64,000 bases of DNA from Ostrea edulis. Taxonomy: Eukaryota. The notes under the pieces are model-generated. The model saw only the letters and a list, made by a program, of their open reading frames with translations. It had not been told where the DNA came from and searched no databases. This document shows, piece after piece, positions 28,501 through 38,043 of the stretch. The stretch covers positions 38,254,001-38,318,000 of the forward strand of contig NC_079170.1 of the NCBI RefSeq assembly GCF_947568905.1, read 5' to 3'. Each line of letters opens with the position of its first letter. The first letter of the stretch is position 1. The translations under genes and the position numbers were made by a program.

Positions 28501-29499
28501 CGCAGTCTCACTGGCACCTGGGTGACCACCGAACTTCACAAAGCATTAGATCTAGGCTATCGTCTCGACCGCATTTACGAAGTTTGGCATTTTGAGAAAA
28601 CCAGTGACCACTTATTTCGAGCGTATATCAACACCTTTTTGAAAATTAAACAAGAAGCTTCCGGATTCCCCGAGGATTGTCAAACAGCCCAACAGCAGCA
28701 ACATTACATTGAGGAAATTCAGCAACGAGAAGGCATTGCCATGAACCCGGCAGACATCCAGAAAAATCCTGTCCGAAGAACCATTGCCAAACTCTTTTTA
28801 AATTGCTTGTGGGGAAAATTTGCTCAACGATTACAATTACCCAAATCCCTGTATCTCACGGAAGAAGAAGAATTACAACAGAAATTACAAGATGCCACTT
28901 TAGAAGTCAAAGGCATCGAACTCTTAGAAAATCGTGAACGCCCCGAATGTGGTATGATGCTGATCAATTATCAGGAGAAAGAAGAATTTTTAGAAGACTG
29001 TCCCTTTGGAAACGTGGTGCTGGCGTGTTTTACAACAGCTCATGCTCGTTTACATTTGTACGAGACGTTACAGCCTTTGGGAGAGCGTGTCTTATACTTT
29101 GACACGGATAGTATCATCTATCAGCACGACGAGACCCAGTTCAATCCGACCATTATCAACAGTTTAGGTGGCTGGACCGATGAATTGGGTGGAGATCGTA
29201 TCATCAAGTACATGTCGGGCGGGCCCAAAAATTATGCATACGAGACCCAGGGGGAAAAATCTGTCTGCAAAGTCAAAGGATTGACACTCAATTATCGTGC
29301 CTCTAGAGTCGTGTCTCTCGATACGTTGGAAAAAATGTTAAAAGGAGAAGAAGAAGAAGTCCATGTCCGTTATCCGCACTTTATTCAACGAACCCGCCAA
29401 CATGATGTGCGAACCATTCCTCTGGTGAAGAAATACCGCATGGTGTATGATAAACGTCAACGTATTCATGACTATGACACGCTGCCTTACGGGTATTAA
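25540..29499 (+). pseudogene. pPolB: Protein-primed family B DNA polymerase interrupted by one in-frame TGA at 28036-28038
   Basis: ORFs 25540-28038 and 28072-29499 are in the same frame. Motifs: OTU-like DSLCL...HYD; Exo I YYDFEC; Exo II HNFKGYD; Exo III YCISDV; Vsr-like GCYWHGC; YGGRT; DVCSLYP; KLFLNCLWGK; YFDTDS; PKNY. Confidence 0.96.
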
Positions 29500-29534
29500 A
29501 AAGGATATGCTAGAGAAAACCATCAGTCGGCAAA

Positions 29535-30065
29535 ATGACGGACTACGAATCACTACATAACCCGGGTACACCACGTTATGCTCTACTGTCAGATCGAGTA
29601 GCGTCGTTTGAAAATGCTCCCGAACACTTGCAGAAGCTATTACCTACCATTGCAGAAGCGGGATACTTTTACAAAGGGTACGGGGATAACACGTGCTGTT
29701 TTTATTGCAACTTTGGACTTCACCATTGGGGAGCTGTCGACAATCCTTGGATACAACATGCTTATTGGTATCCTCACTGTCCTTACCTGAAGTGTAATAA
29801 GGGTAAACAATGGGTACGTCAAATGTTCGACGCCGTTAGCCGAATGCGAGACACGGGGAAGAATTGGGGAGACTTGTCTGTAGACAGTGTGGAGAATCCG
29901 GCTACGACGACGGAGAAATGTCATCTGTGTTTAGAACGAGACTTGAGAATAGCTTTTTTACCTTGTGGTCATTTATGTACTTGTGCTATATGTGCTACGG
30001 GACTGAAATAATGTCCTATTTGTAGACATAGTGTTGAGCAAGCTGTACGTATTTTTATTTGTTAA
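29535..30065 (+). pseudogene. iap: IAP-like BIR plus RING protein; RING truncated by in-frame TAA at 30009-30011
   Basis: Exact BIR zinc motif CX2CX16HX6C; RING CHLC...PCGHLCTCAIC, and after the stop the frame continues CPICRHSVEQAVRIFIC to TAA at 30063-30065. Confidence 0.92.
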
Positions 30066-30105
30066 TAAATATGTATGATCCCATGAACTTGTGTCATTTA
30101 TCAAG

Positions 30106-30744
30106 ATGTATACCTACGAGACACTTGAGCCTTTTCAGTTGAAACATGAATTTACCATGACGGTGGCTGGACCCTCTAAATCGGGTAAAACAGAATTTGT
30201 GAAGCAACTGGTACAAAATACGCAGTGGATTGCACCGCCTCCCGAAAAGATAGTATGGTGTTATCGAGAATGGCAGTCCGCGTACGAATCCTTACAGGAC
30301 AAGGTCACTTTTATCCGCAATATACCTCAAGACGATGAGCAGATAGTGGCGGATCTCAGTACGTGTCATCTACTCATTTTTGATGATATGATGGGAGGTA
30401 AAGCCATCGAATCGATTGTCGACTGGTTTACGCGCAAAGCGCATCATCGAAATACCAGTGTCATTTATATCACACAAAATCTGTTTGATCGAGCAGTACA
30501 ACATCGTACCATCAGTCTGAATGCTCACTATCTTGTGCTGTTTAAAAATCCTCGAGATAAATCACAGATTGGGGTGTTAAGTCGGCAATTACAAATGCCG
30601 CATTTACTTCCAGCCTATGAGGACGCCACCCGTGTACCTCACGGGTATTTACTAGTGGACTTGAGTCCTCAGACGTCGGACGATTTAAGATTAAGAAGTC
30701 AACTCTTTACCAACTTGGCTGTGCACATGCCCCCGAGAGTATAA
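30106..30744 (+). CDS. ATP: Genome packaging ATPase (A32/FtsK-like)
   Basis: Walker A GPSKSGKT, Walker B LLIFDDM, then HHRNTSVIYITQN; first in-frame ATG at 30106 (track starts at GTG 30091). Confidence 0.95.
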   Translation: MYTYETLEPFQLKHEFTMTVAGPSKSGKTEFVKQLVQNTQWIAPPPEKIVWCYREWQSAYESLQDKVTFIRNIPQDDEQIVADLSTCHLLIFDDMMGGKAIESIVDWFTRKAHHRNTSVIYITQNLFDRAVQHRTISLNAHYLVLFKNPRDKSQIGVLSRQLQMPHLLPAYEDATRVPHGYLLVDLSPQTSDDLRLRSQLFTNLAVHMPPRV

Positions 30745-30793
30745 ATAATGTCACATCATGGGCAGGTGTATCATTCGAAAGACAGTCTTCACC

Positions 30794-31666
30794 ATGGGTA
30801 GACCTTCCGCGAAGAGTAAATTAGTCAAAACGTTACGCCGTTTACAACGGGAACGGGATCCCGTTCAACGGAGCCATCTCATTGAATTAGGACGTAGAGC
30901 CTTACTCAACTGGTTTGCGATGGGAGCTCGAAATTTATTGCGAGGCGTCTTACCAGGCAATAAAATCACTCAGCGGTTCATTCAATCCCATCGCCAAGAC
31001 TTGAGTGTCATTGCCGATAAGAAGTCCAATGAAGAAGAGCGTAAAAAAGCCATTTTGAAACGAGGAGGCGCTGGATTCTTAGGAGGGACCATTATCCGTC
31101 ATTTATTCAAATGGGAAACAGGTCGTAAGCCCCGTGGGGGACAACCCAAGAAAACCAAGAAACCACGGGCTAAGAAAGCTAAAAAATCACCTCAGAGAAT
31201 TCCTAAACTCATTATTCGCTTACCTAAGAAGACACCTAAGAAGTCCCCTAAGAAGTCCCCTAAGAAGACACCTCTCAGGATGAAGAATCCGTTTCCCAAT
31301 TGGGCTCCAAAGAAAACCCCTCTCATTGTGAAGATGCCGTTTCCCAAAGCCACTCCCCCCAAGGTCACTAAAACGTTAGCCAATCTGAAAGCCGGATTAG
31401 CTCAAAAGAAAATGGAACGACCCATGCATGGGCCTATAGGAAGTTCCAGAACCAGTGATACTGCTCTACCGAGTTTTGCTCATACCTTTGGAAGCATGAA
31501 ATTTCAACCCTTAACCACCTCAACACCGGTTCAGGTGCAAAAGAAATATAAATGTAAATTTTGCCCTCTGGTCTTCAATGCGAGAGAGAACCGCAATCGT
31601 CACGAAGAGACCGTCCATCACAAGCGTTTTGATCCTAAACATCCGAGTGCCATTGTCCTGGACTAG
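30794..31666 (+). CDS. Basic core-like protein with SPKK/TPKK repeats and a C-terminal C2H2 finger
   Basis: TATAAATA at 30740-30747 favours ATG 30794 (accATGg) over 30758; KKTPKKSPKKSPKKTP; YKCKFC...F......RHEETVH. Confidence 0.8.
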   Translation: MGRPSAKSKLVKTLRRLQRERDPVQRSHLIELGRRALLNWFAMGARNLLRGVLPGNKITQRFIQSHRQDLSVIADKKSNEEERKKAILKRGGAGFLGGTIIRHLFKWETGRKPRGGQPKKTKKPRAKKAKKSPQRIPKLIIRLPKKTPKKSPKKSPKKTPLRMKNPFPNWAPKKTPLIVKMPFPKATPPKVTKTLANLKAGLAQKKMERPMHGPIGSSRTSDTALPSFAHTFGSMKFQPLTTSTPVQVQKKYKCKFCPLVFNARENRNRHEETVHHKRFDPKHPSAIVLD

Positions 31667-31706
31667 GTATAAAAAGGAGGGGGAAGGGGCCCCACCCTTC
31701 ATTACC

Positions 31707-32036
31707 ATGGCTCATACGAAGAAGTGTGAATGTCGATTACGACCTCATTTACCGCTCTTGCAGACGTTAGCGGCTCCTCACTATTCCAGCAAATTAAAGA
31801 CAGAGGTGTTGAAACATTGTTCCAATGACTGCATTTTAAAGATTTGTGAGATTGTGTACAATCTATTAAAAGGGGTGATTCCTCTCAATCCTACTCAGAA
31901 GCGACAACTGGGTCGAAAGAAACACATCTTAAGACGCTTAGTCCGCCCTCAACCTGTGAAAAAACGACGAGGTATACTCATTCACCAAAAAGGATTGGGT
32001 TCGTTTGTGTGTGGCAAGATTTGTAAGAAATCATGA
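31707..32036 (+). CDS. Conserved Polinton small basic protein (109 aa)
   Basis: TATAAAAA at 31668-31675, ATG 31707; ICEIVYNLLKGVIPL...ILRRL...ILIHQKGLG pattern seen in Polinton core-like proteins (recognised by eye). Confidence 0.8.
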   Translation: MAHTKKCECRLRPHLPLLQTLAAPHYSSKLKTEVLKHCSNDCILKICEIVYNLLKGVIPLNPTQKRQLGRKKHILRRLVRPQPVKKRRGILIHQKGLGSFVCGKICKKS

Positions 32037-32803
32037 GTCGAAAAATGGTGTTGGTACCGGAAGCGATGCTCAACGAATTAAAAGGCAAATTACCTAAACC
32101 TCCCGAATTTACCTCGACTATTGGTTTACGCAGTGATTTGGACGAGATTGAACATCGAGATGATTTAACCGAGAAAGAAAAAGTGGGGTTGTACGGTCAT
32201 CAACTTCATCGCTATCGTCAATATTTACAACAAGCTCGACATCCCACCACAGCGACTCGACCCTCCCCAACCAGTGCAACCAGTGGCGCCTCACCACCCT
32301 CAGCCGCCTCAACACCCGATGACTTGGAGGAACAGATTATCAAAAGCGTCAATAAACCGGGTCAAAAGAAAGCAGGTTTATTACTCGATCATCTCAAGAA
32401 ATCCAAAGTGGTGACTTGGAATAAAGAAAGAGAAATCAGCTATAGAGGACGCAGGGTTCCCGATTCCAATATCGTGGATTTAATCACCGAGTCCCAGAGA
32501 CAAAAACCTTTGAAACATCGTGAACCCCCTGCAGGGTTACAGCAATTTGCTCAAGCGTTAAAAGAAACGAATGCCCCTAAAGGATATTTGACCAATCGGG
32601 ATGTTATAAAAGCCATGGACAAGCCCGGAAAAATCAGTACTCCTAAACCTATAGAAGAAGAAGATGAGAGCGGATTTCAAGAAATCTCTGGTTTTGACCA
32701 ATCTTTCTATGAAACTCCCAGACGAATGATGACCCCTAAAAATATCAGGGAGGCTGGTAAAAAGACATCACGTGAAATTGGAAAATGGTTAAATCTACCA
32801 TGA
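32033..32803 (+). CDS. Conserved uncharacterised Polinton protein upstream of integrase (256 aa)
   Basis: W.....I...G..VPDSNIVDL...G...F..AL...N.P motif pattern typical of the Polinton gene preceding INT. Confidence 0.8.
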   Translation: MSRKMVLVPEAMLNELKGKLPKPPEFTSTIGLRSDLDEIEHRDDLTEKEKVGLYGHQLHRYRQYLQQARHPTTATRPSPTSATSGASPPSAASTPDDLEEQIIKSVNKPGQKKAGLLLDHLKKSKVVTWNKEREISYRGRRVPDSNIVDLITESQRQKPLKHREPPAGLQQFAQALKETNAPKGYLTNRDVIKAMDKPGKISTPKPIEEEDESGFQEISGFDQSFYETPRRMMTPKNIREAGKKTSREIGKWLNLP

Positions 32804-33870
32804 AACCAGAACAGATCTTACAGCGACTGTATTACGATCCCAAGACAGGTTATGGGGGAGTCCAGGCGTTGTATCGTCAAGTGCGTCAATTAGGACACAA
32901 GATTACCCTGTCTCAAATTCGAGAATGGGTGAAAGCTCAAGATACCTATACCTTGCATAAACCGATACGGAGGAAATTCAAGCGACGACAAACACGCGTG
33001 ACGGATATGGATGAACAATGGCAATTAGATTTAGCCGATGTCTCCAGCTTGAAACAAGACAATAATGGGTATACGTTTTTATTATGTGCCATTGACGTGC
33101 TGTCTAAATATGCCTGGGTCGTGCCTTTAAAACAGAAAACGGGGAAAGAAATGATACGAGGCTTACGACGGATTTTTCGAGAGGGACGTCGCCCCGTGCG
33201 CATTCAGTCCGATCAAGGAAAAGAATTTACCAATAAAGAATTTCGTCAAGCCTTCAAATCCATTCATTTCTTTACGACCCGTAATGCCGAAACCAAAGCC
33301 AGTATTGTGGAACGTTTTCAACGCACGCTGAAAGCACGCATGTGGCGGTATTTTACACGTCATAAAACACGACGGTATGTCGATGTCTTGGCCGATCTGA
33401 TGTATGGTTACAATCATACCTATCATCGCAGTATCCGGCGAGCTCCTGCTCAAGTCAATGCCAAGAATGTCTTGACCGTATGGAAAACCTTGTATGGAAA
33501 ACAGAGTGCCGATACCACGAGTCGCTTGCAAGTGGGGGATCGTGTAAGCATTAGTAAAGCTAAACGTACGTTTGAAAAAGGATATTTACCGAATTGGACC
33601 AAAGAACTGTTTACCATCTCTAGAAAAGTGCCAGGACGAAACGTCTATCGCATTCAAGATGATCACGGGGAAGAATTAGAAGGAACCTTTTACGAGAAGG
33701 AATTACAACAAGTGATTAAAGACGACGATGTCTATGAAGTGGAGGAAATCTTAGGGTATAAAAAGCGGCGTGTGGGAAAAAAAGTCATTTCAGAAGTCAA
33801 AGTGCGTTGGAAAGGATATCCTCCCAGTTTTGATTCATGGATTCCGCAAGCGGATCTCATTCGACCATGA
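32800..33870 (+). CDS. INT: Retroviral-like DDE integrase with C-terminal chromodomain
   Basis: WQLDLAD, IQSDQGKEF, ASIVERFQRTLK (D,D,E); chromodomain YEVEEIL...VRWKGYPPSFDSWIP. Start at ATG 32800 (ATGA overlap) or 32785. Confidence 0.96.
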   Translation: MKPEQILQRLYYDPKTGYGGVQALYRQVRQLGHKITLSQIREWVKAQDTYTLHKPIRRKFKRRQTRVTDMDEQWQLDLADVSSLKQDNNGYTFLLCAIDVLSKYAWVVPLKQKTGKEMIRGLRRIFREGRRPVRIQSDQGKEFTNKEFRQAFKSIHFFTTRNAETKASIVERFQRTLKARMWRYFTRHKTRRYVDVLADLMYGYNHTYHRSIRRAPAQVNAKNVLTVWKTLYGKQSADTTSRLQVGDRVSISKAKRTFEKGYLPNWTKELFTISRKVPGRNVYRIQDDHGEELEGTFYEKELQQVIKDDDVYEVEEILGYKKRRVGKKVISEVKVRWKGYPPSFDSWIPQADLIRP

Positions 33871-34124
33871 CCACCCAGTGGACTTTCTTGGGTGAAAAAG
33901 TCCCCCGAGCAGAAATTGTGTATTTTGCACAATTATTCCTGTGTTTAACCATCATTATCACCTCGGTCGTGATGTTAGCCTTAGGCGATCCCAATCGCGA
34001 TTTTTGGATGGTGACCTTAAGTTCTCTCGTAGGCTACGTCATGCCTAGTCCACAAATGACGTTAGCGAGCCCGAGTATAAAACAGGAGTCCCCTTCACCT
34101 GAGAGATCAGTTCACCATGGCTAA
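33867..34124 (+). CDS. Small predicted two-TM membrane protein (85 aa)
   Basis: ATG overlaps the integrase TGA; hydrophobic IVYFAQLFLCLTIIITSVVMLAL and FWMVTLSSLVGYVMP. Confidence 0.7.
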   Translation: MTTQWTFLGEKVPRAEIVYFAQLFLCLTIIITSVVMLALGDPNRDFWMVTLSSLVGYVMPSPQMTLASPSIKQESPSPERSVHHG

Positions 34125-34572
34125 GCCACAGTACGCCTGGAAACAAGAGGGGGAGAAAAGTACCTGGTTCTGGGATAAGCAGATGTGTTTGATGCATTGT
34201 AAACAACACAAAGTGTTAGATCAACCGGTGTACTTGTACAAACGGATACTGATACCTCACGGATGGTCAGCCTTTATCATGAAGACTAAATATCAAGAGT
34301 TTCGCTGGAAAGTCAAAGCCTTCTGGGGATTGATGGGACGACAAGACGAATCCGATTGGACCTTAAATGATAGTCCTTGGTTTGACAATTCCGAGGACTG
34401 TCTCCGACATTTCAAAGACATGATCAATGAAGGTTATGATGTAGCCGATTGCTGGGGAACCCGACACTATCTGGTGATGCGACGACGCTTAGTCCCGAGA
34501 CGAACACTAGAGTTGGAAGACTCCTTTCTACAATCGTTGACTTGCGGTGGTGGTCGCGATCAAGAAGAATGA
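34117..34572 (+). CDS. Hypothetical protein (151 aa, Trp-rich)
   Basis: ORF with TATAAAA at 34076-34082, accATGg start and AATAAA at 34610-34615; no family recognised. Confidence 0.7.
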   Translation: MAKPQYAWKQEGEKSTWFWDKQMCLMHCKQHKVLDQPVYLYKRILIPHGWSAFIMKTKYQEFRWKVKAFWGLMGRQDESDWTLNDSPWFDNSEDCLRHFKDMINEGYDVADCWGTRHYLVMRRRLVPRRTLELEDSFLQSLTCGGGRDQEE

Positions 34573-34687
34573 CATGTAAAATTGTGTATTAACATTATGT
34601 TGTATGTTCAATAAAATATGAAAATGTTCATTGTGTTATGAGTATAAATAGAGAAGGAAACAGAGACAGGGTCTCATTTAAGACATC

Positions 34688-35683
34688 ATGGCTGGAGGAG
34701 AAGGGTTTTACATGACTCTGTTGAGTGATGGGTCGATGGAATCGTTTCCGACGAATACGACGGCTCAATTTAAAACGTTATTGCCACACACCATGGACTT
34801 AACGGATGGAGAATGGGAAGTCGGATTGACCGAAATGATGTACTCGGCCAACTTACAAAACGTATCGGATAGCGAGGCTTATGTGGACGTTCTCATTCCA
34901 GATCCGTATACGCAATATGTCCAAGATCCCAACACTTATAAATGGGAAAGATTTAAGACACAGAATATGGGTAAAGTCACGATAGCCGGGTGTGAGGTGG
35001 TGGTCCCCTGGGATCTCACGCCATGGTCCCATCTCTTTGCGGGAGGGGATAGTTTATTTCCCTTCGATATCATTCGCATTCACTTCCGACCCGGAGCTTA
35101 TACACAACCTTTGGCGTTAATCAATGAAATCAACGCAGCCTTAAGGAGAACCCTGTGGAAAGTATGGAGGGAGTTAGGGAATCCTAACGACGAGGGGAAC
35201 AACCAGCTCTTAGTGTATCACCCCGAGTACGATCGTGTCGAGTATCAGTTTAATGGGAAAGCACTGAGATCCACCCCCATGTGCATTCGTTTCCCTACGC
35301 CCTTAGCGTACAAGCTAGGTCTGGATAGTGACAAAATGATCCTGGGCGATGAAACCATGACGAAATGGATCAACGTGAATTACTTGGGGAACACGGCCAT
35401 GGATGTCTACGACAATCTGAAAGCCATGTATGTGTATTGTGACATTGTGGATCCTCAAGTGGTGGGCACCAACAAATTGAAATTATTGAGAGTCGTCCCC
35501 TGTACGGGTCAATACGACGATCGACAACAAGCCCGTTGGGAACCGATTCGAGCCGAATATTTGAAACTGAGTAAGAAATATTTCGATACCATTGAGGTAC
35601 ACATCATGAATTCTTTAGGGCGTCCTATGGGCTTTTTAAATGGGCGCTCCTTAGTCAAACTTCATTTCCGCAAAGTGTATTGA
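34688..35683 (+). CDS. PX: Minor capsid protein (penton-like, single jelly roll)
   Basis: N-terminal FYMTLLSD...FKTLLP..MDL..EWEVGLTE and C-terminal YVYCDIV...VG......LLRVVP...DTIEVHI....G...F..G....LHF motifs; TATAAATA at 34643. Confidence 0.9.
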   Translation: MAGGEGFYMTLLSDGSMESFPTNTTAQFKTLLPHTMDLTDGEWEVGLTEMMYSANLQNVSDSEAYVDVLIPDPYTQYVQDPNTYKWERFKTQNMGKVTIAGCEVVVPWDLTPWSHLFAGGDSLFPFDIIRIHFRPGAYTQPLALINEINAALRRTLWKVWRELGNPNDEGNNQLLVYHPEYDRVEYQFNGKALRSTPMCIRFPTPLAYKLGLDSDKMILGDETMTKWINVNYLGNTAMDVYDNLKAMYVYCDIVDPQVVGTNKLKLLRVVPCTGQYDDRQQARWEPIRAEYLKLSKKYFDTIEVHIMNSLGRPMGFLNGRSLVKLHFRKVY

Positions 35684-35686
35684 AAG

Positions 35687-35830
35687 ATGAAGTACCATCG
35701 AGGAGTCAGACGCCAGAAAGGACACGGAATCTGGTTTCTCATTCCATGGATTGCCAATGCCATTGTGGGTCAAGCGGGCCAAGGAAAGAAGAGAAAGAGA
35801 CGGCGTAAAAAGTATAAAAAGCGGGTGTAA
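35687..35830 (+). CDS. 47-aa basic core/pX-like peptide (not in the ORF track)
   Basis: MKYHRGVRRQKGHGIWFLIPWIANAIVGQAGQGKKRKRRRKKYKKRV; starts 4 nt after the penton stop; N-terminus matches the next ORF. Confidence 0.75.
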   Translation: MKYHRGVRRQKGHGIWFLIPWIANAIVGQAGQGKKRKRRRKKYKKRV

Positions 35831-35857
35831 CCCCTAACGAAGTTCATTTACATCAAG

Positions 35858-36553
35858 ATGCACTACCATAAAGGTTTAATACGGCAGCAGGGTCACGGGC
35901 TTGGAGCCCTGTTGGGAATAGCCAGCAAAGTGGCGGGTCCCCTGATCAGCGGATTATTAGGTGGAGCCCCCGCACAACAACAACAACAGCGTCCTGTCTA
36001 TCAAGAGAGATATTATGATTACGACCGCCCTTATCGCCCTTATCGCTCTTATCAGAGGAGACGACGTAGAAGCCATCCAACAGAAGAATATGATCCAGAA
36101 TCTGAAAAGCAGAAGGGAAAAGGATTTTTCACCGATTTACTCAAATCGGGGGCTAAAAGTGCCTTAAAGGCTGCTGCTAAAACAGGGATGGATGTGTTAG
36201 ATAATAAACGATCCCTCAAAGACGCTCTCAAGACACACGGTGTCCAAGCCCTGAAAGAGACAGCAGGGTATGCCCGTAGGCGAAGATCTCGAAAAGCCCC
36301 ATCCAAACGAGGAAGAAAATCGCGCACAGGAATACTCAGGAAGCCTGGAACCACGACCGTCAAAAGAAAACAGGTGGGAAAACAGGTGGGAATACAGGAA
36401 GGAAAAGGATTTGTTAAAAGAAAACAACGTATCTTAGCTCGGGGAGGGCCTCATAAGAGACCTAGGAAGCAACCTAGGAAGCGATCTAGGAAGGGAGGTA
36501 GGAAGCTCGTGAAAAGGGGTAAGCCAAAACGCTCTCTGGATATTTTCGACTGA
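35858..36553 (+). CDS. Basic core / membrane-penetration-like precursor with repeated QxGxG motifs (231 aa)
   Basis: RQQGHG-LGALLG, KQKGKG-FFTDLL and IQEGKG-FVK; amphipathic segments after the motifs; Arg/Lys-rich tail; TATAAAAA at 35813. Confidence 0.8.
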   Translation: MHYHKGLIRQQGHGLGALLGIASKVAGPLISGLLGGAPAQQQQQRPVYQERYYDYDRPYRPYRSYQRRRRRSHPTEEYDPESEKQKGKGFFTDLLKSGAKSALKAAAKTGMDVLDNKRSLKDALKTHGVQALKETAGYARRRRSRKAPSKRGRKSRTGILRKPGTTTVKRKQVGKQVGIQEGKGFVKRKQRILARGGPHKRPRKQPRKRSRKGGRKLVKRGKPKRSLDIFD

Positions 36554-36632
36554 GAACCCTATAAAAAGGGGGTGAGAAGGACACCAGAACACATTTGATC
36601 CCAGTTCACGCTGAGTAACACATCGTTCCAAT

Positions 36633-38036
36633 ATGATGCACAGAGAATCTTGCGCTTGTGGCACCGACAGTTTAGAACTGTTTAAAGTGCCCCCGACCAA
36701 CGTCACTTTAGAAGATTCGAAATGGATGGAATATTACCCCATTTCCAGTACCCTCAACTCGGATACGGCTCCGATTGAATTTGAAATCAAAGGACAAGGA
36801 GATGAATATCTGGATTTATCCCAAACTTATCTCCAGATGGTCTGTAAATTCACCAAAGCAGACGGGACGAATCTCGCAGGAGGCAATTCGACCTCGACCC
36901 CCGTGAATAACATTCTCCATTCCTTGTTCAGTGAAATCGATGTCAGTCTCAATGGAAAAGTCATTACCCCGGGGACGGATACTTATCCCTACAAAGCGTA
37001 TCTGGAGAAATTGTTGTCTTATGCACCCAAGACTCTGGAAACCCAGATGAGAGCCTGTAGCTTGTGGGAAAAAGATACGGCAGGACATATGGATGAGGTC
37101 AAATTAGAAGCTCTGACTCAACCTCCTGTGGAATTTGCAGTAGCGCTTGATAAAGTCAACATCGCGGCCGTCATCCCGACTCCCGTGTATCCGGATGATT
37201 CCAAGAATGTAGGGTTGAGAAAACGTCACGAGAAGATTACAGACAGTAAGGAGATCGTGTTGATGGATCGATTACATCTGGATTTGTTTGAGCAAGAGAA
37301 ATGTCTCCCTAATGGCTTGGATGTCCGTCTCAGATTCAATCGCGCTCGACCCCAGTTCTACATGATGACCGCTGCCGGGAGTAGTGGGAAAGTGGTCATT
37401 CAAAGTATGATCTTGTGGGTGAGGAAAGTCAAACCTGTGCCGAGTATCATTAATCTCATCAATCAGCAACTGAGTACTCAAACGGCGAAATATCCATTGA
37501 GACGAGTGGAAGTGAAAACCTTCACCATTCCTAGTGGCACCCAGTCTAAAATCACCGATCATCTGTTTCAAGGACAGATGCCTAAACTGATCGTGTTGGG
37601 TTTTGTGGACAATGCGGCTTTTAATGGGGATAATACCAGAAACCCCTTTCATTTCCAAAATGAGAGAGTCAAGAAATTAGAAATCAGTATCAATGGAGAA
37701 ATGATGGAAACCCGCCCTTTGGAACCTAATTTCACCGACGATCAGTACCTGAGATCGTATTTGAGTCTGTACAAAGGCTTGGGAAAATTAGGCCAGGACT
37801 GGGCTCCGGACATTACCCTGGAAGAGTATAAAAACGGTTACACCCTCTGGTGTGTGGATTTCACGAAAGATCAAGAAGCCCAGACGGATAAATTTCATCT
37901 CATACAGACGGGGAACTTGAGAGTGGAAGTGCAATTTGCCGCCAACGTGGCCAGGACCTTAAACTGTGTGGTGTATGCCGTGTTCGACAATCTGCTAGAA
38001 ATCAACAAACAACGAGAAGTCAGTATCGATTACTAA
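36633..38036 (+). CDS. PY: Major capsid protein (double jelly roll)
   Basis: PIEFEI...[48 protein letters not shown] and GNLRVEVQF motifs; TATAAAAA at 36560. Confidence 0.95.
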   Translation: MMHRESCACGTDSLELFKVPPTNVTLEDSKWMEYYPISSTLNSDTAPIEFEIKGQGDEYLDLSQTYLQMVCKFTKADGTNLAGGNSTSTPVNNILHSLFSEIDVSLNGKVITPGTDTYPYKAYLEKLLSYAPKTLETQMRACSLWEKDTAGHMDEVKLEALTQPPVEFAVALDKVNIAAVIPTPVYPDDSKNVGLRKRHEKITDSKEIVLMDRLHLDLFEQEKCLPNGLDVRLRFNRARPQFYMMTAAGSSGKVVIQSMILWVRKVKPVPSIINLINQQLSTQTAKYPLRRVEVKTFTIPSGTQSKITDHLFQGQMPKLIVLGFVDNAAFNGDNTRNPFHFQNERVKKLEISINGEMMETRPLEPNFTDDQYLRSYLSLYKGLGKLGQDWAPDITLEEYKNGYTLWCVDFTKDQEAQTDKFHLIQTGNLRVEVQFAANVARTLNCVVYAVFDNLLEINKQREVSIDY

Positions 38037-38043
38037 GAGAGAG

